Position numbers and translations under genes: made by a program. This document shows, piece by piece, positions 6,713-16,000 of a stretch of DNA of 28,220 bases; the stretch's first letter is position 1, and each line of letters opens with the position of its first letter. A model generated the notes under the pieces. It was not told the origin of the DNA, did not search any database, and saw only the letters and a program-made list of their open reading frames with translations. The DNA lies in IMG/VR virus record IMGVR_UViG_3300006928_000053, positions 1-28,220 of that record. The stretch is one strand, 5' to 3'. The stretch is from a virus (lineage: Duplodnaviria > Caudoviricetes).

Positions 6713-7324
6713 ATGGCATTATTTAAACCTGAAAATACAAGTGGTAGTAACTTTAGTGGAATATGTCCATGTACTATAGTGGATATAGAAGATAAATCAG
6801 CAGATTTTGAATGGGCTGATATATATCTTTCAGTAAAGTTATTACAAGATGGAAGTAAATACACTAGAAATGCTAATATTGTTGGTGGTTTTGAAAAAGA
6901 ACCAAATGGCAATGTTACAGGTGGTAGTGTAATCAAAAGAATGTACGCATTCTTCGCAGCAATCAATTGTGATGCTGGTATTAATATAAAAGGTGAGTGG
7001 GAAGATGCTCAAGGTAATAAAATAGATAGTATTGCTGATTATTTAAATCAATATACAACTGATTGGGATGGAGACACTCCTGGTTCAAATGGTAAATATC
7101 TAGCTTATTTCTATAAAGCAGCACCTAAGAAACCTGGTAAGCAAGCTTATAATGTTGCTCACTATAAAATCTATCCTAATGGTGGAAATTGCAAAGAGCA
7201 ATTACAAAAGGATATAGATTGGATGAAATCTAGAGGCTATATTAAAGAAGATACAGGTGAAGCTCAACCTGTTAATTCTGTAGATAGTAATGAACTAGGT
7301 TCATTGGCATTAGATAATCTATAA
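6713..7324 (+). CDS. Putative single-stranded DNA-binding protein
   Basis: Sits between the Sak4-like gene and the primase-helicase, has a beta-rich N-terminal half and a mildly acidic tail; AAGGAGG SD. Function inferred from context only. Confidence 0.5.
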   Translation: MALFKPENTSGSNFSGICPCTIVDIEDKSADFEWADIYLSVKLLQDGSKYTRNANIVGGFEKEPNGNVTGGSVIKRMYAFFAAINCDAGINIKGEWEDAQGNKIDSIADYLNQYTTDWDGDTPGSNGKYLAYFYKAAPKKPGKQAYNVAHYKIYPNGGNCKEQLQKDIDWMKSRGYIKEDTGEAQPVNSVDSNELGSLALDNL

Positions 7325-9099
7325 TGCAATATGTTGAGATAGCACAAGGTACACCATTCAATAGAGGAATGCTAATACCTAAAAATGAATTATTCCAATA
7401 TATTGATATGAATAGCACGTTATATCGTTCTGCTTATACATATAATGAAGAAGCTGTAGAGTTCGCTAAAAAGAATGGACACACGCTAAAGAATTATTAT
7501 GGAGAACGTAGTATTGATAAAGTGTTAATTGATATTGATAAACAGGATAATACAGACGAGCATACTCTCAACTTAGCACGTAGTATTGTATTTGATTTAG
7601 AGGAGTTAGGCTGTACTCATAAAAGTATGCAACCTTATTTTTCAGGAAGTGGATATCATATCGTTTTAAGTAATGATTGTTTTGAATTTCCAACATCAAC
7701 AGACTTGCCATATATTGTCAAGAATACGATGAAGAAATTATTTCCACATGCTGATTATATGGTGTATATTCGTACTGCATTGTACAGAGTACAGCACACT
7801 CTAAATCAAAAAACTAATTTGTATAAGATACCTTTAACTATAAAAGAGATAATGAATGAAAAAGCAGAATCTATCATAGAGCTTGCAAAAAAGCCAAGAA
7901 TAGAGTTCCCGTATCAGTCTTTATTAGGAGAAGGAGAATTATCAGAGTACGTGCAAACTAACGTTCCAAAGATAGATGCATTAAATAAAGTTAGAGAACC
8001 GTTGACAATAGTACCTTGTGTGCAGCAAATGCTTATGCAAGGTCCACAAGATGGTTGTAGAAATACAACAGCCATGCGTATTGTCAGTCACTTAAGACGA
8101 AATGGCGTACCTAGTTATTATGCAAAAGCTGTTCTAACGGAATGGAATAAAAATCAGCTAAATAAAGAAGTTTTAAATGGTATAGTTGAACGTGTTTATA
8201 ATGCAGGTTATCAATACGGTTGTAAAGATGAAATAATGGAAAAGCATTGTAAAACTAAATGTATACATTTTCAACGTAAAGACTATATGATTGAAACAGC
8301 ATCAGTAGAAACTCTACAAGCTAAATTAAAAGAAAGGTTAACAACTGACTTTAGTGGTCGAACTATAAATCTTTCAAAAGCTTTGGGTATGAATCACGTT
8401 GATTGTGATATATATCCTGGTGAACTTATTACTGTATTTGGGCGAACAGGCTCAAATAAAAGTACATTTGTTCAAAATTTAGCTTTAGGAGTAGATTTTG
8501 CAACTAATTCTATCAATCCTGAATGGCAAGTACCAACACTATTTCTTTCATTAGAATTAGCAGATTGGTATATGCATAGAAGAGGATTGCAAATTGTATC
8601 TGGCTTAAATAAAGAGCAGGTAAATGATAATTTTGAAGGCGTGTTTGAAAAGCATAAAGATGATTTAGCTCACATCACGTTTCAAACAATATCACCTACT
8701 ATAGACCAAATACAGCAAAAGATAAAAGAGTTGCAACCATCACTAGTAATAGTAGATTATATCGATTTAATAGATACACGTGGTAATGGAAGAAGTGAAC
8801 ATGAGAAAATTAAATATATTTCTCATAGCTTATCTAATATCGCAGTTAATATGGATGTAATTATTATACAAGTATCTCAAGTTGGCAGAGAACATAGTAA
8901 ATCAAATGAGCTGACATTATATTCAGCCAAAGGCTCTGGAGCCATAGAGAATGCTAGTAGAAAAGTTATTTCAGTTGATGGACAAGCTGATAACCCTAAG
9001 AAAACAATAAAGATGCTCAAAAATACAGACGGCGACTCCAATTGGGAGTGCGATGTAGAATGGACAGAAAGTTTTAGACTTAGGAGAACATATGAATAA
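7324..9099 (+). CDS. AEP-family primase fused to a Cys-rich primase C-terminal domain and a DnaB-like SF4 helicase
   Basis: AEP motifs IDID and FSGSGYH; PCVQQM...GCRN...YGC-x8-C-x3-C; helicase motifs GRTGSNKST, LSLEL, IVDYIDLI, VSQVGRE, GSGAIE. Confidence 0.88.
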   Translation: MQYVEIAQGTPFNRGMLIPKNELFQYIDMNSTLYRSAYTYNEEAVEFAKKNGHTLKNYYGERSIDKVLIDIDKQDNTDEHTLNLARSIVFDLEELGCTHKSMQPYFSGSGYHIVLSNDCFEFPTSTDLPYIVKNTMKKLFPHADYMVYIRTALYRVQHTLNQKTNLYKIPLTIKEIMNEKAESIIELAKKPRIEFPYQSLLGEGELSEYVQTNVPKIDALNKVREPLTIVPCVQQMLMQGPQDGCRNTTAMRIVSHLRRNGVPSYYAKAVLTEWNKNQLNKEVLNGIVERVYNAGYQYGCKDEIMEKHCKTKCIHFQRKDYMIETASVETLQAKLKERLTTDFSGRTINLSKALGMNHVDCDIYPGELITVFGRTGSNKSTFVQNLALGVDFATNSINPEWQVPTLFLSLELADWYMHRRGLQIVSGLNKEQVNDNFEGVFEKHKDDLAHITFQTISPTIDQIQQKIKELQPSLVIVDYIDLIDTRGNGRSEHEKIKYISHSLSNIAVNMDVIIIQVSQVGREHSKSNELTLYSAKGSGAIENASRKVISVDGQADNPKKTIKMLKNTDGDSNWECDVEWTESFRLRRTYE

Positions 9100-9304
9100 A
9101 ATCATGAACTTCTTGGTTGAGATAAACTTGACACTTAACTGCTTTTATATTAGATTGTTTAAAATATTCTTAATAGGAATTACGTCTATAAACAATGAAA
9201 TAGGAAGCTCAACATCTTTAACAATTCAAATATATAAATTACGTTTTACATTTATATTTGGAGTAAACAAAGATAACATCTTAAGTGGTCATGGTATATC
9301 GTAA
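9092..9304 (+). CDS. Small hydrophobic hypothetical protein
   Basis: AGGAGA SD; overlaps both neighbours in operon style. Confidence 0.6.
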   Translation: MNKIMNFLVEINLTLNCFYIRLFKIFLIGITSINNEIGSSTSLTIQIYKLRFTFIFGVNKDNILSGHGIS

Positions 9305-9773
9305 ACCAACAAGACAAACAAAGGTAATTTCTGAATGGCAACAAAAGTTTCAAAAGAAACTTAAAAAGCTACATGGAAATCATTGGAGAAATGTATTTCA
9401 TAGACTTATGAAAAAATCATCTACTTTAAAAACTACTCTAAAAAGACGTAGTAAAGAATATGAAGTAGAATTTTGCATGAGTCTTAAAGAAATACGTGAT
9501 ATCCTATTAAAAGAATATGGTCGCAAATGTAGATATTGTGTTAACAAACTCAATATTAATAATATGGTTTGCGACCATATTATTCCACTTAGCTTAGGAG
9601 GCGATTCTACAGCAGGAAATCTGCAAATGATATGTGATAGATGTAACCGTAGAAAAGGTCCATTGACACATAATCAATTTGCAAGTTTATTAAGATTCTT
9701 AAGTAAAATTGCTAAGCCAGCTCAGGATTACATATTACGTAAACTTTCAAAATCAGATGTAATGGGAGGATAA
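9291..9773 (+). CDS. HNH endonuclease (Zn-binding CxxC...HNH...CxxC type)
   Basis: CRYC...DHIIPLSLGG...NLQMICDRCNRRKG. The start could be GTG 9285 or ATG 9291. Confidence 0.9.
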   Translation: MVYRKPTRQTKVISEWQQKFQKKLKKLHGNHWRNVFHRLMKKSSTLKTTLKRRSKEYEVEFCMSLKEIRDILLKEYGRKCRYCVNKLNINNMVCDHIIPLSLGGDSTAGNLQMICDRCNRRKGPLTHNQFASLLRFLSKIAKPAQDYILRKLSKSDVMGG

Positions 9774-10175
9774 ATGAAAAAACAAATCATAAACTATGTA
9801 GTATTAATTATAATTGCAGTAGCAGCTAACTACCCTATTTATAAAGACTTGCAGGAGTCAGTTAAAGTAGCTCAATCAACTATAAGCAATGCTATGTCAG
9901 TTGTATCACAAATAAATAAAAATGTTAATAACTTTAAAACTAAAGTTGATAGCTTAGAAAATAATTTGTTAAAATTGTATGTACGCACTGATATATCTAA
10001 AGCAGAATTATTAGCTGAATTAGATAGTACATTAAGAACATTAGAACATATGCAATTTGAAACACACGCTATAAATAAAAGAGTAAGTAAGATTGCACAA
10101 AATGCAATAAAGGAGCAGTTTGAAGAAAAAGAAGACATCTTTAAACAACCAATTCCAGGATTGCCTGGATTTTAA
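9774..10175 (+). CDS. Membrane-anchored coiled-coil hypothetical protein
   Basis: Basic N-terminus and hydrophobic helix (YVVLIIIAVAA) followed by heptad-like sequence; GGAGG SD. Confidence 0.65.
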   Translation: MKKQIINYVVLIIIAVAANYPIYKDLQESVKVAQSTISNAMSVVSQINKNVNNFKTKVDSLENNLLKLYVRTDISKAELLAELDSTLRTLEHMQFETHAINKRVSKIAQNAIKEQFEEKEDIFKQPIPGLPGF

Positions 10176-10182
10176 ATAAACA

Positions 10183-10280
10183 ATTAATGAGAGAGTGTTG
10201 TAACTGCGAAGTCAACAAGGCATATGAAGCGTCTTAAATCCTTTCTTTGCTGATAAGGCCTGTTAAGCTCTCTCATTAAT
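10183..10280. repeat. Perfect 13-bp inverted repeat closing branched stem-loop G
   Basis: ATTAATGAGAGAG (10183-10195) and CTCTCTCATTAAT (10268-10280). Inner TGTTG..ACT-GCGA-AGT-CAACA (GNRA loop) and AGGC/GCCT. Confidence 0.8.
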
Positions 10281-10298
10281 ATTAACAAAAGGAATAAA

Positions 10299-10760
10299 AT
10301 GGAAGTAGATAATGGACACAATGCTATTACAAAAATACAAGAGTATTTTGATAGCAAATTAAATAAAAAAATGTTTAATGATAATAGTAATTTTGATATA
10401 GATTTAAAGTTTGGACAAGTCTATGAAAAAGCTTTAGCATTAATCCTTCAAGATAAAACAATTGAAGTTAAAACTGAAAGAGATACATGGAAAAAGACAG
10501 GTAATATTGCTATTGAATTACATAATCATGCTAGTAATAAACCAAGTGGTTTATCAGTAACTAAAGCAGATTTTTGGGCTACAATATTAGTAGATAATTT
10601 CAATATTAAAAGCATACATATTTTACCAGTATCTGATTTAAAAACACGTGTTAAAGATATAGTTCGCAATGGTAATGGTCGCATAGTAATGGGAGGTGAT
10701 TACAATTGTAGTGAAATGGCTTTAATACCAATAGAGGAGATATTTGGATGCACCCAGTAA
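10299..10760 (+). CDS. Putative PD-(D/E)XK-fold nuclease, common phage family
   Basis: G-x-x-x-E helix, IEVKTE, TGNIAIE, SGLSVTKADFW. Confidence 0.65.
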   Translation: MEVDNGHNAITKIQEYFDSKLNKKMFNDNSNFDIDLKFGQVYEKALALILQDKTIEVKTERDTWKKTGNIAIELHNHASNKPSGLSVTKADFWATILVDNFNIKSIHILPVSDLKTRVKDIVRNGNGRIVMGGDYNCSEMALIPIEEIFGCTQ

Positions 10761-11518
10761 TTAAATATTTACAAACAAACCCAATACATTCTAAAGAAGG
10801 TAAAACTAGATGGTATTCTATTGCAGGAAGTAAGCAATGGGTTCCATCTGTGACATCAATATTATCAGCTGCTGGTAAAGGAGAGTTCTTTCATAAATGG
10901 CTAGCTAATCAAGGAAGTTGGGATAATGCTTGTAAAGTTAGAGATGAAGCAGCTAAACGTGGTACTATTGTACATGAAATATGTGAAGATTTACTTAATG
11001 GAGAAGAAGTTATATTAGATGCTGGTCCAGAAATAGTAAAAAGAGTAATGTGTTTAGAACAATGGTATAATGATTATGCACCTGAAGTAATAATGCAAGA
11101 GGTAATGTTAGCATTTCCTGGAGTAAGATTCGCAGGTAGATTTGATATATTAGCACGTATTGATAATAAGAATGTATTAATAGATATTAAAACAGGTGGT
11201 CATTATAAATCACATGATTTACAAGCTACAATGTATAAAATACTATGGGATACTATAGTAGAAGATACAGGAGCAGGAAGTGAATATATGATTGATGAAA
11301 TATATGGATTATATCTTAATGATAAATGGAAAAAGAAGCCTAATCCAACATTTAAACAATTAAAATTTCTTCCAAATGTAGTTGAAGGTTGTGTAGATTT
11401 GTGGTACTGGTTAAATAGTGATTACAGAGGAAATAATCCACGCCCAAAAGAGAGCATGAAGTTACCAAGTAATTTCAAGCTAGGGCTTAAAGAAACTGAA
11501 ATAGAAAACTTATTATAA
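10748..11518 (+). CDS. PD-(D/E)XK exonuclease (RecB/Cas4/lambda-exo-like superfamily)
   Basis: PSVTSIL, RGTIVHE, AGRFD, IDIKTG, LQxxxY; GAGGAG SD. Confidence 0.88.
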   Translation: MHPVIKYLQTNPIHSKEGKTRWYSIAGSKQWVPSVTSILSAAGKGEFFHKWLANQGSWDNACKVRDEAAKRGTIVHEICEDLLNGEEVILDAGPEIVKRVMCLEQWYNDYAPEVIMQEVMLAFPGVRFAGRFDILARIDNKNVLIDIKTGGHYKSHDLQATMYKILWDTIVEDTGAGSEYMIDEIYGLYLNDKWKKKPNPTFKQLKFLPNVVEGCVDLWYWLNSDYRGNNPRPKESMKLPSNFKLGLKETEIENLL

Positions 11519-11530
11519 GGAGCAAATAAA

Positions 11531-11767
11531 ATGAGTAACAATTATAGGTATTTAGGAAAAGAAAGAAGGTATAATGTTATGCCAGCAGAATCAATAAAAG
11601 AAGCAAATAGAAATAATAAAGGTCCAAAGCCTGTATATGCTGAAGAATATAGAGGGATGTCTTTTCAAGATAAAGTTAAGACAGCTGCTTTAAAAGCATC
11701 AGACAATGGAAGATGTTGGTGGATATACGACCATATTATGAGAAGCACATTGCAAAGGATGTCGTAA
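11531..11767 (+). CDS. Hypothetical protein
   Basis: AAGGAG SD; operon position. Confidence 0.7.
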   Translation: MSNNYRYLGKERRYNVMPAESIKEANRNNKGPKPVYAEEYRGMSFQDKVKTAALKASDNGRCWWIYDHIMRSTLQRMS

Positions 11768-11769
11768 TT

Positions 11770-11940
11770 ATGGGCTTGCAAGATATAATACTGCAAAAAG
11801 TATTAAAGATAGTTGACAATACTATAGGAAAGAAGTTTAAAATTGTCGATGACCTAACAGACCTCATACAGGGGTCTGAAGGTCGTCTTGATAAACTTGA
11901 AGAAAGAATTGAAAAATTGGAGCAGAAAAATGGAGATTAA
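11770..11940 (+). CDS. Small coiled-coil hypothetical protein
   Basis: Start moved to ATG 11770 (AAAGGA SD); contains RLDKLEERIEKLE heptads. Confidence 0.65.
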   Translation: MGLQDIILQKVLKIVDNTIGKKFKIVDDLTDLIQGSEGRLDKLEERIEKLEQKNGD

Positions 11941-12178
11941 ACATTATAATGCAATAGCTAAAATAGTAGGCGGAAATCTTCTTGGAAATAATAATTTAGA
12001 AATGTTAATTAATAGCTTATCTAAATACTTTGAATCAGAAGATGAAAACTTTAATAAACACGAATTTAGAGCAGCGTGCTTAAATGGGCATAATATGGAA
12101 GGTAGTGAAGAAATAGATACTACCCACACTGACGATGAGATATCGCTTGTAAGGGTAGAAAAAACGCCTTATACATGA
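11930..12178 (+). CDS. Hypothetical phage protein (KHYxxIA...FxxxxFxxAC pattern)
   Basis: GGAG SD before ATG 11930. Ends in TGA, but the frame stays open to 12289. Confidence 0.65.
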   Translation: MEIKHYNAIAKIVGGNLLGNNNLEMLINSLSKYFESEDENFNKHEFRAACLNGHNMEGSEEIDTTHTDDEISLVRVEKTPYT

Positions 12179-12285
12179 AAGCCTAGAGAAAGCTCAGTTG
12201 GAGAACGAATAAATGAAGATTTTAAAATTGCTATGGCTAAAATGTCTACAATAGTAGGCAGGAACTATGGAAAACCTAAAAATAA

Positions 12286-12510
12286 ATGAGTCTTCAGTTA
12301 ATCGAAAACAAAGGTAAAGAAAACTTTACATGCAAAATGTGTAAAAAAATGTACAATCTACAATTAAGTTACAGGATACAAAGCACGCAATATGTGTCAG
12401 ATTGGATACCGCCAATATTGTATCCTGTATGTAGACATTGCACATATAGAGAAAATTATGGAAGTAAACACGTAAAACAATACATGAAGGAGAAAACGCT
12501 AGATGGCTAA
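12286..12510 (+). CDS. Small Zn-finger protein
   Basis: CKMC ... CRHC pairs. Confidence 0.65.
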   Translation: MSLQLIENKGKENFTCKMCKKMYNLQLSYRIQSTQYVSDWIPPILYPVCRHCTYRENYGSKHVKQYMKEKTLDG

Positions 12511-12805
12511 GAAGAAAACCAAAATGACAACAGGAGAAGCAGTAAAAGTTATTGCTACTGAAATGAAACAAATGAAAATGGCGATAGGCAGACTAGATAT
12601 GATTGTTCAAGATTATATAGCTTTATTTGAACGTTATATTGAGCATACATCAGACGGTGATGAGTTTGTAGAGAAAATGAAAGCGCTAATAGAGGAGAAA
12701 GTAAATGAACAGCAAGAAAATGAACAAGCTGATGGACGTGATACTGACGGAGATAGCAAAGACGAGAGAGTCGGGGCAGAAGGAGTACGCGCACAAGAAG
12801 GATAA
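12503..12805 (+). CDS. Hypothetical helical protein with acidic tail
   Basis: AAGGAG SD; the last ~33 codons overlap the next gene. Confidence 0.65.
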   Translation: MAKKKTKMTTGEAVKVIATEMKQMKMAIGRLDMIVQDYIALFERYIEHTSDGDEFVEKMKALIEEKVNEQQENEQADGRDTDGDSKDERVGAEGVRAQEG

Positions 12806-13007
12806 TGTATTCGCAAACTTTGAACGTATTGGTGATGCATTAAATATCAGTCGTGAAAAAGTATTGATGATATATCTATTAAAACACGTAGATGGCATTA
12901 AAGCTTACGTTAATGGATATAAATCGCAAAGAGAAGATGTACGAGGTAGAATTACAGATATAATCGTATATTTAATGCTGCTTTGGGGTATGGTAGAAGA
13001 TTCTTAA
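12705..13007 (+). CDS. Nucleotide-modification-associated (DUF1599/Nmad-like, MazG-like all-alpha fold) protein
   Basis: KEYA...FANF...KH.D.I...E...RITDIIVYLMLL pattern; GAGGAG SD. Confidence 0.6.
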   Translation: MNSKKMNKLMDVILTEIAKTRESGQKEYAHKKDNVFANFERIGDALNISREKVLMIYLLKHVDGIKAYVNGYKSQREDVRGRITDIIVYLMLLWGMVEDS

Positions 13008-13029
13008 CGATACTCACCGCAGCATGCGA

Positions 13030-16000
13030 TTATTCATCATTAAACCCAAATGGAGATAAGCCACCGCCAGGTGTAGGTGGCAATTCTCTTTCCCCTGATT
13101 CTATTTCTGCTTGTAAACCTGTTCCTTTTCTTTGTAATTGTAATAACGGAAATCCACTAGTCTTTTCCATTATACGTATTGGATTATCAACAAGATTACC
13201 AGGTCCAACTAAATCACGTGCTACTCTTCCAAATGGGAACATAGTCCAAATATAATATTTACTAATTTTAGACCAATCATCATCTACCATAGCTCTCATA
13301 GATGTAGGCAACAGCCGAAGGATGGGAGGAGTTACCATCTGCAACGGAGCAAGTTGTTTCGGCCATTGCCCAAAGAATGCTCTATCTCTTTCTTTTTCAT
13401 TACCAAATACCCAATCAGCAGTATCTTGCATCCAGTTATATGGAGCAGGTAAAGCAGTCTCAAATATTGAGTAAGCAAACATATTAGCTAATGCAAAAGT
13501 AAACATATCTATTTGCATAGTTCTAGCATATCTATCAAACGCTTCCGAACCAGGACGTAAGCCATATATTTTTGCTTGTCTATAAACGTCATTTCTAAAT
13601 CTTACAGAGTTCCACGACCATAATTGAAAACGTGTCATAACCTTACCAAGAGCAGTACGTGCAAATGCAGGTCTAAATGGAGCTGAATATAAGAATTGTG
13701 TAGCTTGTACACCTTTTTTAGCTTGTTCTACTAAGAATGGATGTTTAGGGTCTTTAATAGCGCCACCATATCTTTGCCATGCTTGAATATAATGCGCCAT
13801 AAAAGCATCTCTACGTATCATTTTCTCAGGAACAGTCATAAATTTAGCAGCAAATTGTGTTATTTTATCTTTAACACCATATTGCTTAGCAATTTCTTTT
13901 AATGAAGTTTCAGACATTTCAGGTTGTCTAGCAAGCTTTTTAGCTACATCTTCAATAAATTCTCTATTTTTACCTTGACGTATTTCTTTATTTAAACCTG
14001 CTTCATAAATCATATATTCAGGATATACACCTGATTCAATTACAAATTCCATTACATCTTCCATGGATTTCCATTTAGAATTAATGTTTTGTCTTAACCA
14101 TTCTATATTACGTGAATTACGCCAATTAGTCCAACCTGCAGATTCAACCGTATGCATAGTACCACCAAACACGTTAGTAATAGCAGACTTAGGATGCGCT
14201 AATAGTGCAGCCATTTCAAATTGCCCTTCAAGATTAGACCAATGTCTTAGTTGTTGCATATCAACACCACGCATTTCTTTTGGCAAATCTTTATTCCCTA
14301 TTCCAAATGCATCTAATGCTTTATTAATTCTTTTTTCAACATTACTATCAGCCCACCACGCATATGGAGTTCCACGTAATTTCATAGTAGGGTCATTTAA
14401 ATATGTTTCAGGTATTACAGTAGGGTTACCAATAGCATCTTGTACATATAGTTGCATAAACTTTTGCCATGCTACAGCTTGCTTTTCACCCCAGATTGGT
14501 TTCATTTTACCATACATTTCTTGCATAATATTACGTGATAATATTTGAGATAGCTGTCTATAATACGTATTAACAATAGCACGTGAATAAGCTTCAGGTG
14601 CTGATGCATCAATTGACCATCCAGGAATATGTGAAATTCTACTGTTCATATTTCCAGCTTTAGTTAAGTCAACAGGCCATTTTACTTGTTCTTTTTTAGC
14701 AGCTCTAGATTCAGCTATTTCATCCATAATTCTATCATGGTTAGCCCAGTCTTCTACTTCTTTAAATTGCCAATCACCTGTTAAAGTATGATTTTTATAT
14801 ATTACTTTTTTAACTTCATTATCACGTTTAGCTCTTGCTTTTTTAGGGTCTGCATCAAACTCTGATAACGGCGTTTCATAGATTTTTTTCATTAATCTTT
14901 TCATACCTTCACCAGCCATTTTTTTATTAAAATGCATATGTGGAAAGTAATAATCAAAAGAACCACGCCATTTACCTGTTGGTTCAATAGGCTTAGATTT
15001 TAAAGCTTGTGCATATTCAGGAGTACCTTTAGCCATGTCTATCATTAATGAACGTGATAATACTCTAAGGTTGTCAACACCTATTTTAGTAGTAACATTT
15101 TCACCTTTACGCCAAGAGTCTAATAGAAATTTGCTAAATCGTTTATTATCAATAATAGGAGATTTTTTATCTCCACCATAATAACCTTTAATCATTTTAT
15201 TCTTTTCTAGCCAATTTTCTTCACCTCTAATAAATTTATGCATTTCTTCAAAATAGCTAGTGTATTCTTTATTGATACGGTCTACAATTTCTCTACCTGT
15301 TAATTCAACACGTTTACCTTCTATTTGCACTTGATAAGTTTTATTTAATTTTTCACCATGGAATTTTAAGACATCATTATATCTGTCACGATATTCTACT
15401 AAGTGTATTTTATCTTCAACACTTAATGATTTTAAAGACTCCCAACCTTTATACTCTCTTTCACGTACTGCTATTTGACGTAATGTTTCACCATCTTTTA
15501 TAGAATTAGAAAATAATAGTTTTTCTTTTAACAGTTTAACATATGCGTCACCAGTTTCAGAAGCACCATCCATAGTACGAGCTATCCAACGTTGTACCAT
15601 ATCTACGTATTGAGTAGGTCGCATTACTTTACCAGTTAATATTCTGCCACCTTGTGCAAGATATAAACCATTTTCTTCCATAAGACGTATATCATCTTTC
15701 ATTAACTCTTTATTGATAGTTTTAGGAAATAACCAATAATGCCTTTTAGCTAGCTCTGTTGGGCTATCTTTCCCCCATATTTGCTGCCAAATAGTTCCAG
15801 TTTTAACATCTTTAAACCATCTGTTTAATATATTATAATCATTTAAATTTAATACATTAATATCTTTACCTAACAAACTTCTTACTACACCGTTAAATTC
15901 TTGTTGAAATTTTTGATTTTCACCTTTAATGTAAGATAGTAATTTAGTAACAGGAGCACGTAATGTTGGAGACAAGTCATTTAATTCAACACCTTCTTTT

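Noticed and set aside
9774-10175. Rz-like inner-membrane spanin
   Set aside because: The topology fits, but no lipoprotein partner, holin or endolysin is adjacent.
12175-12216. Genome-wide stop-codon reassignment (TAG or TGA)
   Set aside because: Long genes, including the 3247-aa ORF, are uninterrupted in the standard code, and TAG ends two genes at sensible positions.
403-12898. Short minus-strand ORFs in the + arm (e.g. 403-624, 2062-2373, 4942-5217, 6667-6966, 12326-12898)
   Set aside because: Antisense shadows of well-supported genes, with no recognisable motifs.
13008-13029. Terminator at the convergence of the two arms (CGCA-GCA-TGCG)
   Set aside because: Only a 4-bp stem and no U-tract on either strand.
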